A stretch of DNA of 64,000 nucleotides from Bacteriovoracia bacterium (GTDB lineage Bacteria; Bdellovibrionota; Bacteriovoracia; Bacteriovoracales; Bacteriovoracaceae). The number at the start of each line of letters is the position of its first letter. Within the stretch, counting starts at the first letter, position 1. Location of the stretch: NCBI GenBank assembly GCA_046570105.1, contig JBKHVI010000001.1:71230-135229 (forward strand), written 5' to 3'. Positions 37,774-47,955 of this stretch are shown here, in pieces. The notes beneath the pieces are model-generated. The model saw only the letters and a list, made by a program, of their open reading frames with translations. It was not told the origin of the DNA and did not search any database. The translations under genes were made by a program, and so were the position numbers.

Positions 37774-39510
37774 TTATCCAATGAGAATTTTACTTTCAGG
37801 GTAACGAATACGTGAGCCAGTGCCTGCTGCATTTTGGCCAACGGCCAAAAGCAAGGTCAATGGTCCCACTCGACCAATAAACATAACAAGAACCAGCATC
37901 AACTTTCCTAACGTCGATAGTTGCGCAGTAATACCAAGACTTAAACCAACTGTGCCGAATGCCGACATTGTTTCAAACATGAGTGCCAAGAATTCTTTAC
38001 CCGTCTCAAGACGCATCATAATCAAAAGCGCCACGCTCACAGTTATGAGGGAAATAATAACGATAGCAATTGAGCGTACGACGAGTACATTGGGCAGGGT
38101 ACGCTCGAACATTTCAACACGCTTATTGTTAGTAAGCGTCGCTTTTACGGATTGAATCAAAATAGCAAAGGTCGTCGTTTTGATACCGCCACCAGTTGAG
38201 CCGGGCGAAGCACCGACAAACATTAACAAGATAATCATGTAGATCGAATGCGGATGAAGCTCCGTTATAGGGATCGTATTAAAGCCTGCCGTTCTGGTTG
38301 TGACACTTTGGAAGAATGCAAGTTGCACTTTTTCCCACAGAGAGTATTCCACAAATGCATGGAGGAACTCTCCAAAAAACAAATAGGTCATACCAAAGGC
38401 CAATAACAAAATGTTGGTTACGATCACAATCTTGCTATGCAGAGTAAAATCAATCAATTTTTTCTTTGTCTTAAAGGCTTGTTGAATCTCCTGAATAACC
38501 AAGAAACCCAGACCTCCCGAGATAACAAGCACAGCAATTGTTCCATGTATCAGAGGACTGAACCTAAAATCTTCAAGACTATTATTGAATAAAGCGACAC
38601 CGGCATTACAGAAAGCAGAGATAGCGTGATAAAAGCCAAAATAAAGTGACTGCCCGATTTCATAATCTTCCAGATAAAAACCAATCGTGAGAACTATCGC
38701 ACCAGCAAACTCGATCAACATCGTGAACTTCACAATATCAATAATCAAACCCAAGAGCTCTTCTGAGCTTGATGAGTCAAGTACGTCTTGCATCATGACT
38801 TGTTCACGAACACCTAGTGAGCGCCCCATAAAGAGGGCGACAGAAGATGAAAGAGTCATGATTCCTAATCCGCCAATCTGAATCAATGTCAAAATGACAA
38901 GCTGACCAAAAAGCGAAAAATCATCTGCGACAGAATTTGTTGCCAACCCCGTCACGCATGTCGCCGAAGTAGACATAAACAGAGCATCTACAAATGAAAC
39001 TGTTTTTCCAGTCTGAGCAGAAATTGGCAAAACAAGGAGCAAGGCTCCTACTAAAATAATTAATCCAAACGACAAGATCACTAACTGGGCTGGAGATAGT
39101 TTTTTGTCGTAAATCCAACTTAGGCCCTGGACGGTAGGAGCTCTACTCGACTGAGAGGACCCTCGCTCATTTAGAGAAATGATCGTGGAGAATAAATGAA
39201 CTACCGTTAACCAGTAGGTAAACTCACCATCTCCAAAAGTGAGCAACATGGGGATAAAAATAATTAAACTAAAAACATACTTACGAACAAAATCTTCAAG
39301 ACCATCACTTCGTCGATAATGCGCCAAAATCGTAAAGGCTACCAAGATAGGTGCCAACCAAACTGCCCACTGACTTAGATATTCAGCAGGTATACCTTCA
39401 AAAAACTTTGGAAGCTTGTTGGATTTTGTAAGCGTAAATAATGCAACGAACGCTCCGTTGCCTACTAGCTCCAAAATATAAGGGGCCCGCGCCCATAATT
39501 GCTTCATCAC
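37774..39510 (-). CDS. trkH: TrkH/KtrB-family K+ uptake permease
   Basis: The 578-aa polytopic protein has repeated selectivity-filter-like motifs (ATCVTGL, NAGVALF, RTAGFN, GSTGGGIKT). Confidence 0.8.
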   Translation of the reverse strand: MMKQLWARAPYILELVGNGAFVALFTLTKSNKLPKFFEGIPAEYLSQWAVWLAPILVAFTILAHYRRSDGLEDFVRKYVFSLIIFIPMLLTFGDGEFTYWLTVVHLFSTIISLNERGSSQSSRAPTVQGLSWIYDKKLSPAQLVILSFGLIILVGALLLVLPISAQTGKTVSFVDALFMSTSATCVTGLATNSVADDFSLFGQLVILTLIQIGGLGIMTLSSSVALFMGRSLGVREQVMMQDVLDSSSSEELLGLIIDIVKFTMLIEFAGAIVLTIGFYLEDYEIGQSLYFGFYHAISAFCNAGVALFNNSLEDFRFSPLIHGTIAVLVISGGLGFLVIQEIQQAFKTKKKLIDFTLHSKIVIVTNILLLAFGMTYLFFGEFLHAFVEYSLWEKVQLAFFQSVTTRTAGFNTIPITELHPHSIYMIILLMFVGASPGSTGGGIKTTTFAILIQSVKATLTNNKRVEMFERTLPNVLVVRSIAIVIISLITVSVALLIMMRLETGKEFLALMFETMSAFGTVGLSLGITAQLSTLGKLMLVLVMFIGRVGPLTLLLAVGQNAAGTGSRIRYPESKILIG

Positions 39511-39697
39511 TCTATTCTAACGCTCGAAGGCCAGCTTTCCCACAGGAAGAACACTCCTATCTCTGAGTAGATTGATCAGCTAGGCTTTCGTGATGACTGC
39601 CCCTATGGTGAGTTAAGAATTAAATAGCTTTGCTAAAAAGGGTGCGCATTGACTAGAATTTAGTTGTTTCGAACACCTGTGTCATAGAGAGGAAAAC

Positions 39698-40513
39698 ATG
39701 AGAGCCCACCTACATTTTTTGGCTTTTGTTTTGTTAGCAGTTTCTTGTGCGAGTAAGCCCGACATGAGCAAGAAACAAGCTGATATTCTTTACAATCACG
39801 GCACCGAAGAGTTGCTTAGCAAAAACTACACTCAAGCGATCGGTCACTTGATGAACGCGGCTAAACTTGAGCCTACCAATCCTTTGATCCATAACAACCT
39901 GGGAATGGCGTACTATTTTAAAAATGAAAAAGAACTCGCTCTCCAGCACGTCAGAAGATCTTTAGAACTTGATCCGAAAAACACAGATGCTAGAGTTAAT
40001 GTTGCTTCCTTGCTCTTTGAGCAAGGAGATTTCATTGGCGCTGAGAAGAACTACCTCGCTGCACTTAAAGATCTCAGCTACGAAAAACATGCACGGACCT
40101 ACTTCAATCTTGCTTTAATTGAACTGAGAAAAAAGCAAATCACAAAAGCCGTCGGTTATTTGAATGCATCCACCAAAGAAGACAACAACTATTGTCCTGC
40201 TTGGTATCAACTGGGACAAATTGAATTCCAAAGCAGACGCTTCAAGGCAGCCAGCAAACATTTTCACCAGGCCCGCATGGGATCTTGTGTAGCCGACCCT
40301 GCCCCACTCTACTGGCAGGCGATGACTGATATTGAAATGGGTGAATACTTAAACGCTCGAATCAAGCTTGATGAACTCATGGAGAAACACTCTGGCTCAT
40401 CTTATGTTCCACTAGCCCAACAAAAAATGAGTGAAATTCATTTGCGCGAGAACTCTGCAATGAATCAACATTCGGGTTCACAATCAAACATTGCTGAACC
40501 ACCTAAATTTTAA
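39698..40513 (+). CDS. TPR-repeat lipoprotein (PilW/PilF-like)
   Basis: The lipobox is LLAVSCAS, and multiple TPR units are present (NLGMAYYFKNEKELALQHVRRSLELDPKN and others). Confidence 0.6.
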   Translation: MRAHLHFLAFVLLAVSCASKPDMSKKQADILYNHGTEELLSKNYTQAIGHLMNAAKLEPTNPLIHNNLGMAYYFKNEKELALQHVRRSLELDPKNTDARVNVASLLFEQGDFIGAEKNYLAALKDLSYEKHARTYFNLALIELRKKQITKAVGYLNASTKEDNNYCPAWYQLGQIEFQSRRFKAASKHFHQARMGSCVADPAPLYWQAMTDIEMGEYLNARIKLDELMEKHSGSSYVPLAQQKMSEIHLRENSAMNQHSGSQSNIAEPPKF

Positions 40514-40522
40514 GGTTGTAGT

Positions 40523-41710
40523 ATGGTAAACGAAACGACTCCTCATTCTCCCAACGTCATGCACATTGGTGACTATCTCAAAGCGAAGAGAGAAGAAACG
40601 AAGCTCTCTCTAGAAAAAGTCTCTCAAAAGACCAAAATTAATTTAAATATTTTGCGCTCTCTTGAAGCCAATGACTTTCAAGCTCTTCCAAGTCCTGCCT
40701 ACGTAAAGGGATTTGTTATGAGTTACGCGCGAGTGGTTGGTCTGAACTCAGATGAAGTGATTCACAAACTTGAATACTCATATCTAACAATTATCGGGAA
40801 ACCTTTTCCTGCCCTCAATCACACTCGTAATCTTCGACCAACTCAAGACACGACTGAAGTTGCGACTAAATCAGAAAAAAAAGATACCTCACCAGAAGAT
40901 ATCTTGAATCATGAAGAAGCTATCGAGAAAAGAAAGAAGGTCGTTGTTCCTTCGCTAGTTTTTGCCGGTGTAATTATTATCTTTGTTGGTCTTTACCAGA
41001 TTGTAACTAAAACAGTCGAAGGTGAAGCGAATCGAAAAGAAGAAAAGCCTTACGGTGCAACCTTTGCACCGAGTTCTGAATTAGCTGATATCAACAAACC
41101 AGTTGTTGCTAAGAACGAAGATACTGAAAAAGCAAAAGAAGTTGAGAAGGTAGCTGAAGCCCCTAAAGAAGCTGTTAAAGAGAAAGAAAGTAAAGAACCC
41201 CCAGAAACGACACCAGAGCCTACTAAATCAGTTAGAAGAAATTTTCCTAAAAAAGATTTTAGAAAAATCTCTACTCGTCTTTTTGTTGTCATGAATGAAG
41301 CACCAGAGAATCAAGATGAAAAAGTTCTCCCATCTCGAATTAAGAGTGCTTTCAATCGGGATATGGAAAATATCTATATCGTAGCGACTGAGGGTAACAC
41401 TTGGCTCAGCTATCAGGTTGATGGCTCTCCAATTGAGAGCGTCATCCTTGAGAAAGGCAAAGATCTTTTCCTGCAAGGAAAAGAAGTTTTGATGTTTTTA
41501 GGAAATGTAAAAGTGACCAAAATCTTTTATCAAAACCGTATGATCGATGCTCCAACTCCCACAGGTTTTAAAAGTCTTATTTTTCCTGAGTCACAAAATA
41601 GTAAACACGTTCTACCGCTCTTCCCTAAGGCGGCTGACGATATCCTCTATACCGCTGAAGAATATCAAAAACGTATGAAGCTGGAAGAATCGGAGCTAGG
41701 TCAACCCTAG
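40523..41710 (+). CDS. rodZ: RodZ-like cytoskeleton protein (HTH, TM, DUF4115-like C-terminus)
   Basis: The N-terminal HTH is LSLEKVSQKTKINLNILRSLEANDF followed by AYVKGFVMSYARVVGL. It then has a single TM, a Lys/Glu/Pro-rich linker and a conserved C-terminal beta domain. Confidence 0.6.
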   Translation: MVNETTPHSPNVMHIGDYLKAKREETKLSLEKVSQKTKINLNILRSLEANDFQALPSPAYVKGFVMSYARVVGLNSDEVIHKLEYSYLTIIGKPFPALNHTRNLRPTQDTTEVATKSEKKDTSPEDILNHEEAIEKRKKVVVPSLVFAGVIIIFVGLYQIVTKTVEGEANRKEEKPYGATFAPSSELADINKPVVAKNEDTEKAKEVEKVAEAPKEAVKEKESKEPPETTPEPTKSVRRNFPKKDFRKISTRLFVVMNEAPENQDEKVLPSRIKSAFNRDMENIYIVATEGNTWLSYQVDGSPIESVILEKGKDLFLQGKEVLMFLGNVKVTKIFYQNRMIDAPTPTGFKSLIFPESQNSKHVLPLFPKAADDILYTAEEYQKRMKLEESELGQP

Positions 41711-42837
41711 CTCTGCCAGTCGAGCTTGCGATAAAGATGTATTCCTAGAATGAGCAGGAAAGCGTCTGGAACAAACATCGCAATCGGCATTGGAATTTGC
41801 CCTTTACGGGCCATCGCCACCAAACTGAAAAATAATGTGTAGAAAAGTATGAGGCTTCCCAAGGCCCACAGTGAGGAATTTCTTCCTTTACCTCGACTCT
41901 CTTTAATCCCCAAACCAAAACCTAAGAAGCAAAGCAGCAAACAAACGATCGGTGTATTGCGACGGTTCCAATACTCGTAAACCGAATTGAATAAGTCTTT
42001 CTGACTAAATTTATATTTTAACTTAGCTTCTTCAACAGACATCTTTGTCACAGCAGTTAATTCATCACCGGCTAACATCGTCTCCTTGGGATTAATACGA
42101 TCAGAAAACTTATTTTGCGAGATTGGAAGTGAGTAAGTTTGAAAGAGAATTTTTTCGATGTCAGTTCCCTTCTTCTTGATTCCAGTAATACTTCCGTCAA
42201 ACAAGTTGAGCGTAAGCTTCTCTACTAGCGTTGTTGTATCGCGCTCATAAATCAATTCACCTTTGCGGGCCATAATCACACGCTCGCCGTCATCCTCTGT
42301 CGCATGAAGAAAAACTCCACCCAAATCACGACCATCTGTCGAAACAGTCGTTGGAAAGAGAGTGATTTTTGGAATGGCTGTAAAAAATTGTCCTGCCTTA
42401 ATTGAAGCAATCAAGCCACTGGAAGTGAGAAAGTTTACCTGACGACGAAAGGCTCGATTGGTGTGAGGAATAACTTCTTGACCCAAATAATAGACACTGG
42501 TGGAAAGAATAACTGCCACAATTAGGAACGGAGCAAAAAGCCGCCCCTTGGTAAGACCGGCTGCACGCATCGCAATATATTCTGAGTCTGTGCTCAACTT
42601 ATTCAAACAGAAGATCACAGAGAAGAAAGTCGATAAGGGGAGGGCCAGTGGAATAAACGTCAACGCGAGGTTTCCCATCAAACTAGTGAGAAAAGTGACT
42701 GAAATATCACGACTCATTAACAACGCTGTAAGCCGGAATAACTCAAATGTGAGGAGGAAGCAGACAAAGAATAGCAAACTCACCACCAAAGGGAGGATGA
42801 AGTTGGCCGCTAGATACCGTTGCAATAATAGTCTCAT
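41707..42837 (-). CDS. LptF/LptG-family LPS export permease
   Basis: The 376-aa protein starts with LLQRYLAANFILPLVVSLLFFVCFLLTFELFRL and has a periplasmic beta-jellyroll segment between TM3 and TM4. Confidence 0.75.
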   Translation of the reverse strand: MRLLLQRYLAANFILPLVVSLLFFVCFLLTFELFRLTALLMSRDISVTFLTSLMGNLALTFIPLALPLSTFFSVIFCLNKLSTDSEYIAMRAAGLTKGRLFAPFLIVAVILSTSVYYLGQEVIPHTNRAFRRQVNFLTSSGLIASIKAGQFFTAIPKITLFPTTVSTDGRDLGGVFLHATEDDGERVIMARKGELIYERDTTTLVEKLTLNLFDGSITGIKKKGTDIEKILFQTYSLPISQNKFSDRINPKETMLAGDELTAVTKMSVEEAKLKYKFSQKDLFNSVYEYWNRRNTPIVCLLLCFLGFGLGIKESRGKGRNSSLWALGSLILFYTLFFSLVAMARKGQIPMPIAMFVPDAFLLILGIHLYRKLDWQS

Positions 42838-42924
42838 GACTAGAAAAGGTTACCCGTGAAGCGTGTTCTAGGCAACCAACCGGCCCCATGCTACCCTCTT
42901 GAAGTTTAAAATTTAGGAGGATCT

Positions 42925-44460
42925 ATGCAGTTAACACTTGATCAAAGCGGAAAAAATACTCTTGGAGCTGATGTCAAAATCCTCAGCGCATTTCAAAAGA
43001 CTAAAACTAGCAAAGTAAAAGGTAAGGAATCAACCGAGACGATCGTCAGCGTTGATCACTGGACTGACAAAAATCTGGTTGAAGAGTTTCAACAATTGCG
43101 CGCCCAGGCCACCTACAAGGCCGGTAAAGATGAAGTACTTACTTTCACCGGAACAATGGGTGAAATGGTTAAAGTCGTGGGCCTTGGCGATCGTGCCAAG
43201 ATCAAAGCCGAAGATCTTCGTAAATCAATTGCAAAAATCTTTAAGACTGTAAAAGCCGAGAAGCATGCTGTAATCAGCATCGATCTCCATTCTTTCGACG
43301 TCCTGAAAGATACCGCGCGCGCCGCAGGTCTAATCGCTGAATCAATTGGTATGTCGAATTATTCATTCGATAAATACCTCAGCAAAAAATCACCGGCCAA
43401 CCTAGAAGAAATTCTAATTACTGGATTTGATAAAAAGAAAGAAGTCGCCATTAAGAAAGCCATTCTTGATGCCCAACTCCTCACGGACTCCATCAATGTA
43501 GGCCGTGATTACGTAAATGAAGTTCCTAACGTCTTGCGCTCAACTGAGTATGCTAAGCTCGTCGAAGCCGATGTTAAGAAAAATCTTAAAGGTGTGAAAA
43601 TTAAGATTCTTAACAAAGCACAATTGAAAGCCGAAGGCATGGAGATGTTCCTCTCTGTTAACGCAGGTTCAGCCTTTGAAGCACGCTTGGTTCACTTAAC
43701 TTATGAGCCAACTAAAAAAACAGCGAAGACAAAACACATTGCTCTCGTTGGTAAAGGCCTCGTGTTTGATACTGGCGGCTACTCTTTGAAGCCAGGTGCA
43801 AACATGATGAGCATGAAACACGACATGGCGGGCTCTGCAACTGTGTATGCAGCTTTCCGTGCTGCTGTTTTGATGAAGGCTCCAGTAAAAATCAGCTGCT
43901 TACTTGGTATTACTGATAATGCCGTTAACTCACTTGCGACAATGCCTGACTCGATCGTGAAGGCGCGCAATGGTAAGACAGTTGAAATTCTCAATACAGA
44001 CGCTGAAGGTCGTCTCGTTTTGGGTGACGTGCTTGATTACGCCTGTGATCTTAAGCCTGATGGCATCATCGATGCAGCGACACTCACGGGCGCATGTCTC
44101 GTGGCCCTTGGAAGCCAAGTGACAGCAGCGCTAGGTAACAACCAGAAATGGATTGATACTGTTCTTAAGGCGGCTCAAGACAGTGATGAGTACATGTGGC
44201 AATTGCCGATCATTCCTGAGTGGACTGCCGATATGAAATCGAAGATCGCTGATCTCAAAAATATCGGCTCACCGATGAAAGCTGGAACTGCGACAGCGGC
44301 GGCTTTTCTCCAAGAGTTCATCAAGAACGATATTCCTTGGTGTCACCTCGATATCGCTGGAACAGCGGATGGCGCAAGTCACCTTCCCTACTGTCCACCA
44401 CACGGTGCTTCGGGCCTGACTGTCCGCTCACTTGTTCACTTGTTGATGACTACAAAGTAA
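42925..44460 (+). CDS. pepA: leucyl aminopeptidase (M17)
   Basis: VGKGLVFDTGGYSLKP, MKHDMAGSA and NTDAEGRLVLGD are all present. Confidence 0.9.
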   Translation: MQLTLDQSGKNTLGADVKILSAFQKTKTSKVKGKESTETIVSVDHWTDKNLVEEFQQLRAQATYKAGKDEVLTFTGTMGEMVKVVGLGDRAKIKAEDLRKSIAKIFKTVKAEKHAVISIDLHSFDVLKDTARAAGLIAESIGMSNYSFDKYLSKKSPANLEEILITGFDKKKEVAIKKAILDAQLLTDSINVGRDYVNEVPNVLRSTEYAKLVEADVKKNLKGVKIKILNKAQLKAEGMEMFLSVNAGSAFEARLVHLTYEPTKKTAKTKHIALVGKGLVFDTGGYSLKPGANMMSMKHDMAGSATVYAAFRAAVLMKAPVKISCLLGITDNAVNSLATMPDSIVKARNGKTVEILNTDAEGRLVLGDVLDYACDLKPDGIIDAATLTGACLVALGSQVTAALGNNQKWIDTVLKAAQDSDEYMWQLPIIPEWTADMKSKIADLKNIGSPMKAGTATAAAFLQEFIKNDIPWCHLDIAGTADGASHLPYCPPHGASGLTVRSLVHLLMTTK

Positions 44461-44931
44461 ATGTCCGATCCTTTTTTCCGAATTGTTCTGCATGCGCCTG
44501 AGATTCCCGGTAATACCGGGAGTATCGGGCGCACTTGCGTTGCACTTAATGCTGAACTCATCCTCATTAAGCCTTATGGTTTTGACATCAGCGAAAAAGC
44601 CGTTCGAAGAGCTGGCTTAGATTACTGGAAGCACGTCAAAATCAAAGAGTACGACAATTGGGAACATTTTTTAGCCAGTGAAAAACCACCGCGAGACCAA
44701 ATCATGTTGTTTGAAAAAGGCGAAGGCAAAGCCTGGCACTCAGCCCCCTACAAAAAAGGATCCTACTTAGTTTTTGGTGGTGAAACGCGAGGTATCCCCG
44801 ATCGAATTCTGCAAGACATGCCAGATAACTTTTATAGTTTTCCCCAGTACTCCCCGCACATTCGCTCGTTGAATTTGGCCAACATCGCAACGGCTGCGGC
44901 CTACGAATGTTTGCGACAAATTAATCATTAG
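44461..44931 (+). CDS. trmL: tRNA (cytidine/uridine-2'-O-)-methyltransferase TrmL (SpoU family)
   Basis: The 156-aa protein has HAPEIPGNTGSIGRTC, VFGGETRGIP and SLNLANIATAAAYE. Confidence 0.85.
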   Translation: MSDPFFRIVLHAPEIPGNTGSIGRTCVALNAELILIKPYGFDISEKAVRRAGLDYWKHVKIKEYDNWEHFLASEKPPRDQIMLFEKGEGKAWHSAPYKKGSYLVFGGETRGIPDRILQDMPDNFYSFPQYSPHIRSLNLANIATAAAYECLRQINH

Positions 44932-44935
44932 AATT

Positions 44936-44961
44936 GGAGAAGGAGCGCATCCTCCTTCTCC
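44936..44961. terminator. 10-bp GC-rich hairpin between convergent trmL and the lipoprotein gene
   Basis: The hairpin is GGAGAAGGAG-CGCATC-CTCCTTCTCC. There is no canonical downstream T-run in either direction, so the terminator role is tentative. Confidence 0.45.
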
Positions 44962-44973
44962 AAAAATATAAAT

Positions 44974-46137
44974 TTACTCTTCTTCAGCGATGGCAGATCC
45001 AGTAACACTGTATTTACATGAAATACTTTCAGTACCATTTACGATATAGGGATCTTGTTCCGTACCTTGCTGGTCATAAGTTGTCACAAAATCTCTATAT
45101 GCAGCGGTGTACGTTCCTGACAATTCCCCGTCTTCATAATTTAGCACTAGATCTTGTGATTCACGATAAGTGACGTCAGTTGAAGAAAGATACCATTCAC
45201 CAGTCCAAGCCTCAGTAGCGACTCCGGCGGGAAGTTCAATAGACTCTTGGTCAGTAATTCTTAGTGTGTTGCTAGAAATCAAACGAGGCAACATATCTAG
45301 AGTGCCAGTTCCACAATTTTCATACTGCATGTCGCAGTCTACAAAGGTTCCATCCATATTCAAGGTTGGTCTTGCTGCGATTTCATCAAACTCTGCGTAA
45401 TTTGTAAGATCAATAAAGTATGTATCAGCTGAACCTGGCTTAGTAATCTCTCCTGAAGCTGCTATATATTGGTAGCAATAATCGGTAGAACCTGATGTTA
45501 AAGTACCGAATATTTTGATTCGGTTCTCACCTGTTTGTACATTAGCGTTCGTAGCAATTGTATTAAGAACTGTTTTAAGCTCATTAGAAAGAGAACTATT
45601 TAAAGTGATGAAGCGATTAATATGAGCTTCTGCATCTAACGCTGAAACAACTGTTAATTTATCCAACTTTGTAGGATCTGCTATAATTGCATCAAAAGTT
45701 TCTGCCGACAGATCATCTGTAAATGAACTTATATCCAAAACTGCATCATCGTCGAGATCAGCCGGATCTCCAGCTTCTGGCAACGCAATAGTTAAGAGGA
45801 TACGCGAGACTTTAACTTTATCAGCTGGAGAAATGTCTAACTCGCTTAGAAATACTTTATCTCCACAAGACGCAGAGCCTATGGTCAGACCATTGATCAA
45901 AAACTCAATTGCTTCACCACGAACGCAGCTAAACTTACCACCGTTTGCTGTCGTATCAGTTGAACCATCCGCATATTTAACTGTGAGTCCATTCACTGGA
46001 GCATCAATAAACTGCGCAGAGATTGAACTAAAAACACTTCCATCACTGCTACCACCACCGCCACTTGAACCACCACCGCCTCCGCAAGCAACTGCTAACA
46101 TGAGTGAAGGCAAAACTGCATAATTAAGAAATCTCAT
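44974..46137 (-). CDS. lipoprotein with Gly/Ser-rich tether, hypothetical
   Basis: The lipobox is LAVACGGGGGSSGGGGSSDGS. The acidic 387-aa body has no recognised family. Confidence 0.55.
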   Translation of the reverse strand: MRFLNYAVLPSLMLAVACGGGGGSSGGGGSSDGSVFSSISAQFIDAPVNGLTVKYADGSTDTTANGGKFSCVRGEAIEFLINGLTIGSASCGDKVFLSELDISPADKVKVSRILLTIALPEAGDPADLDDDAVLDISSFTDDLSAETFDAIIADPTKLDKLTVVSALDAEAHINRFITLNSSLSNELKTVLNTIATNANVQTGENRIKIFGTLTSGSTDYCYQYIAASGEITKPGSADTYFIDLTNYAEFDEIAARPTLNMDGTFVDCDMQYENCGTGTLDMLPRLISSNTLRITDQESIELPAGVATEAWTGEWYLSSTDVTYRESQDLVLNYEDGELSGTYTAAYRDFVTTYDQQGTEQDPYIVNGTESISCKYSVTGSAIAEEE

Positions 46138-46401
46138 CCATTCTCCTTGGTTTTACTTGCTATAAGTATATGTGAATCCATTTTAATCTCAAGTTAAGAA
46201 TTTCATCGATATAGGAAGAGTTTGATTTTTAAACAAATTCAGAGACTTAATTTTTGTGAATTTGAATTTCGAATTTGTTCTGGCCATAGTTTTAAATTTT
46301 CAATCCCTGACTGTTTTAGTTTGAACTTCAAAAAATAGCTTGGATTGCTTCCAATAACGTTTCTTGATGACTTCACTTTTTGTATTTCCTAGTATTTTCC
46401 G

Positions 46402-46878
46402 ATGAGATTTCTTTGTATTTTATTTTTGATTTTCGCATCAAAAAGTTTCGCCAACATCATCGCTGCCACCGGCGTCTCCGCTGTCACTGAAGGACGTGTG
46501 ATTCCGATTCTCTACGTGGGATACGATGCGCCTGATTTTGCGGCCACCATCAGCTCGGTGGGCGTAGCAAACGATGTGTACTACCAATCGGCTTATCAGT
46601 TAGGAATTTTTCGTCAAACTGATTTAGAGAATTTTTTGTGGGGCAAAACTCGAGCAGGCATGGGCCTCGGTGTCCATTACGCTGAGAGAGGGCTTGAGCA
46701 ATACGATAAAACCGAAAAGGTCACTGATTTCTCCATGGGCCCCAGCATTCGCGTGACCTGGGAAGTTCTGCCTTATGTCGTTCTTGGAGTTGAATCATTC
46801 GTTGGGATTGGAAGCGCCGACATCATCATTCTCTCTACTCAGCAAATCAGTACTCTGTTTTTGGGAGTGAGATTTTGA
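46402..46878 (+). CDS. small predicted outer-membrane beta-barrel protein
   Basis: It has the signal peptide MRFLCILFLIFASKSFA, alternating hydrophobic beta-strand pattern and a C-terminal F (LGVRF). Confidence 0.5.
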   Translation: MRFLCILFLIFASKSFANIIAATGVSAVTEGRVIPILYVGYDAPDFAATISSVGVANDVYYQSAYQLGIFRQTDLENFLWGKTRAGMGLGVHYAERGLEQYDKTEKVTDFSMGPSIRVTWEVLPYVVLGVESFVGIGSADIIILSTQQISTLFLGVRF

Positions 46879-47258
46879 AAAAAATTATCTTCACCATTCT
46901 AGTCATCCTATTTTTCACAAAACCTTCATACTCTGCAGTCGATGAGAAGATTGGTCACCTCTACGTCGCTGGGGGACCGGGCCTCATCAGCCTTGGCAGT
47001 TTACGAGTCGGAGTGCGGAGCTGGGAGTTCGGTCTCCTTAATCGAAATGGTATCGGCCTCGCGAAGCTGTTTTACAAAGGCAATGTCTACGCAGGTTTTG
47101 GTCCAGCCTACGTGAATGGCCTAGGATTTTACGGCGCCATGGGCTTCGAATGGCCCTTCTGGGCGATCTTTTCATTTCGCTCAGAAATTAATACCGTACA
47201 GAGTTTTAATAATTATTCGGAAGGCGGCATCTTGGCCGGCTTCACGATCTATCTCTAG
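46875..47258 (+). CDS. small predicted outer-membrane/exported Gly-aromatic-rich protein
   Basis: The TTG start overlaps the upstream stop (TTGA) and GGGAG lies upstream. It has a signal peptide and a Gly/aromatic beta-strand pattern. Confidence 0.5.
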   Translation: MKKIIFTILVILFFTKPSYSAVDEKIGHLYVAGGPGLISLGSLRVGVRSWEFGLLNRNGIGLAKLFYKGNVYAGFGPAYVNGLGFYGAMGFEWPFWAIFSFRSEINTVQSFNNYSEGGILAGFTIYL

Positions 47259-47267
47259 GAGATTTTG

Positions 47268-47951
47268 ATGTATCGAATAATTCTCATCATTTTCTTTCTT
47301 CTTATGATGTCTGGCTTTCGCCTCCTATCTTCAGACAAATGGAACAATAAAGAATCCTCACCTACCCTATGGGTAAAAGTATGCGACGACATGATTGATG
47401 CTGAAATCGATGATAATGATTTATCAACTAATGATGCTCTCTACGGACGTAATCTCGACGTAAGAGCGGTCGTTCAAAGTATTATCCGTGATATAAATAA
47501 AGTTGATAAATCTTGGATTCGCTTAGCTCTCTACCCAGCTGACCCACAAAACCCTGGAGCTCCTGCAACGGGAGACGACACATTCACTATCGCATTAGCA
47601 GAGAATCGTACCATTGAGATTTGTGAGAACTCGCCAACAAATCCTTTCCAAGGTGGAGAAGCAAGGCCTGAAGTTGAAGGAAGTGAGGTCATTGGCTGCA
47701 AAATTCAAATGAATCGCAAATCCAGAAAAAAAGCACGCGGTTTTACTGGAACCTTGACCCATGAAATAGGTCATTGTCTGGGTCTGGATCATCCACAAGA
47801 AACTCGTCACGCAATTATGTCTTACTTTCACTCTGAGAAACAGTATCGCTTAATGATTGATGACAAGATGGGATTGATTCATCTTTACCCAGAAGATGGA
47901 ATCTCATTAAAAGAAAAACCAAACCTAGGGCTTAAGTGCTCTAAGGACTAG
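47268..47951 (+). CDS. metzincin zinc metalloprotease (matrixin/M10-like)
   Basis: HEIGHCLGLDH is the HExxHxxGxxH motif, followed by the Met-turn AIMSY. An N-terminal signal anchor is present, and AGGAG lies 6 nt upstream of the ATG. Confidence 0.7.
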   Translation: MYRIILIIFFLLMMSGFRLLSSDKWNNKESSPTLWVKVCDDMIDAEIDDNDLSTNDALYGRNLDVRAVVQSIIRDINKVDKSWIRLALYPADPQNPGAPATGDDTFTIALAENRTIEICENSPTNPFQGGEARPEVEGSEVIGCKIQMNRKSRKKARGFTGTLTHEIGHCLGLDHPQETRHAIMSYFHSEKQYRLMIDDKMGLIHLYPEDGISLKEKPNLGLKCSKD

Positions 47952-47955
47952 GGTA

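Noticed and set aside
39629-39659. A sigma-70 promoter TTGCTA...TAGAAT upstream of the TPR lipoprotein gene.
   Set aside because: The spacer is 19 nt, which is too long for confidence, so I did not list it as a feature.
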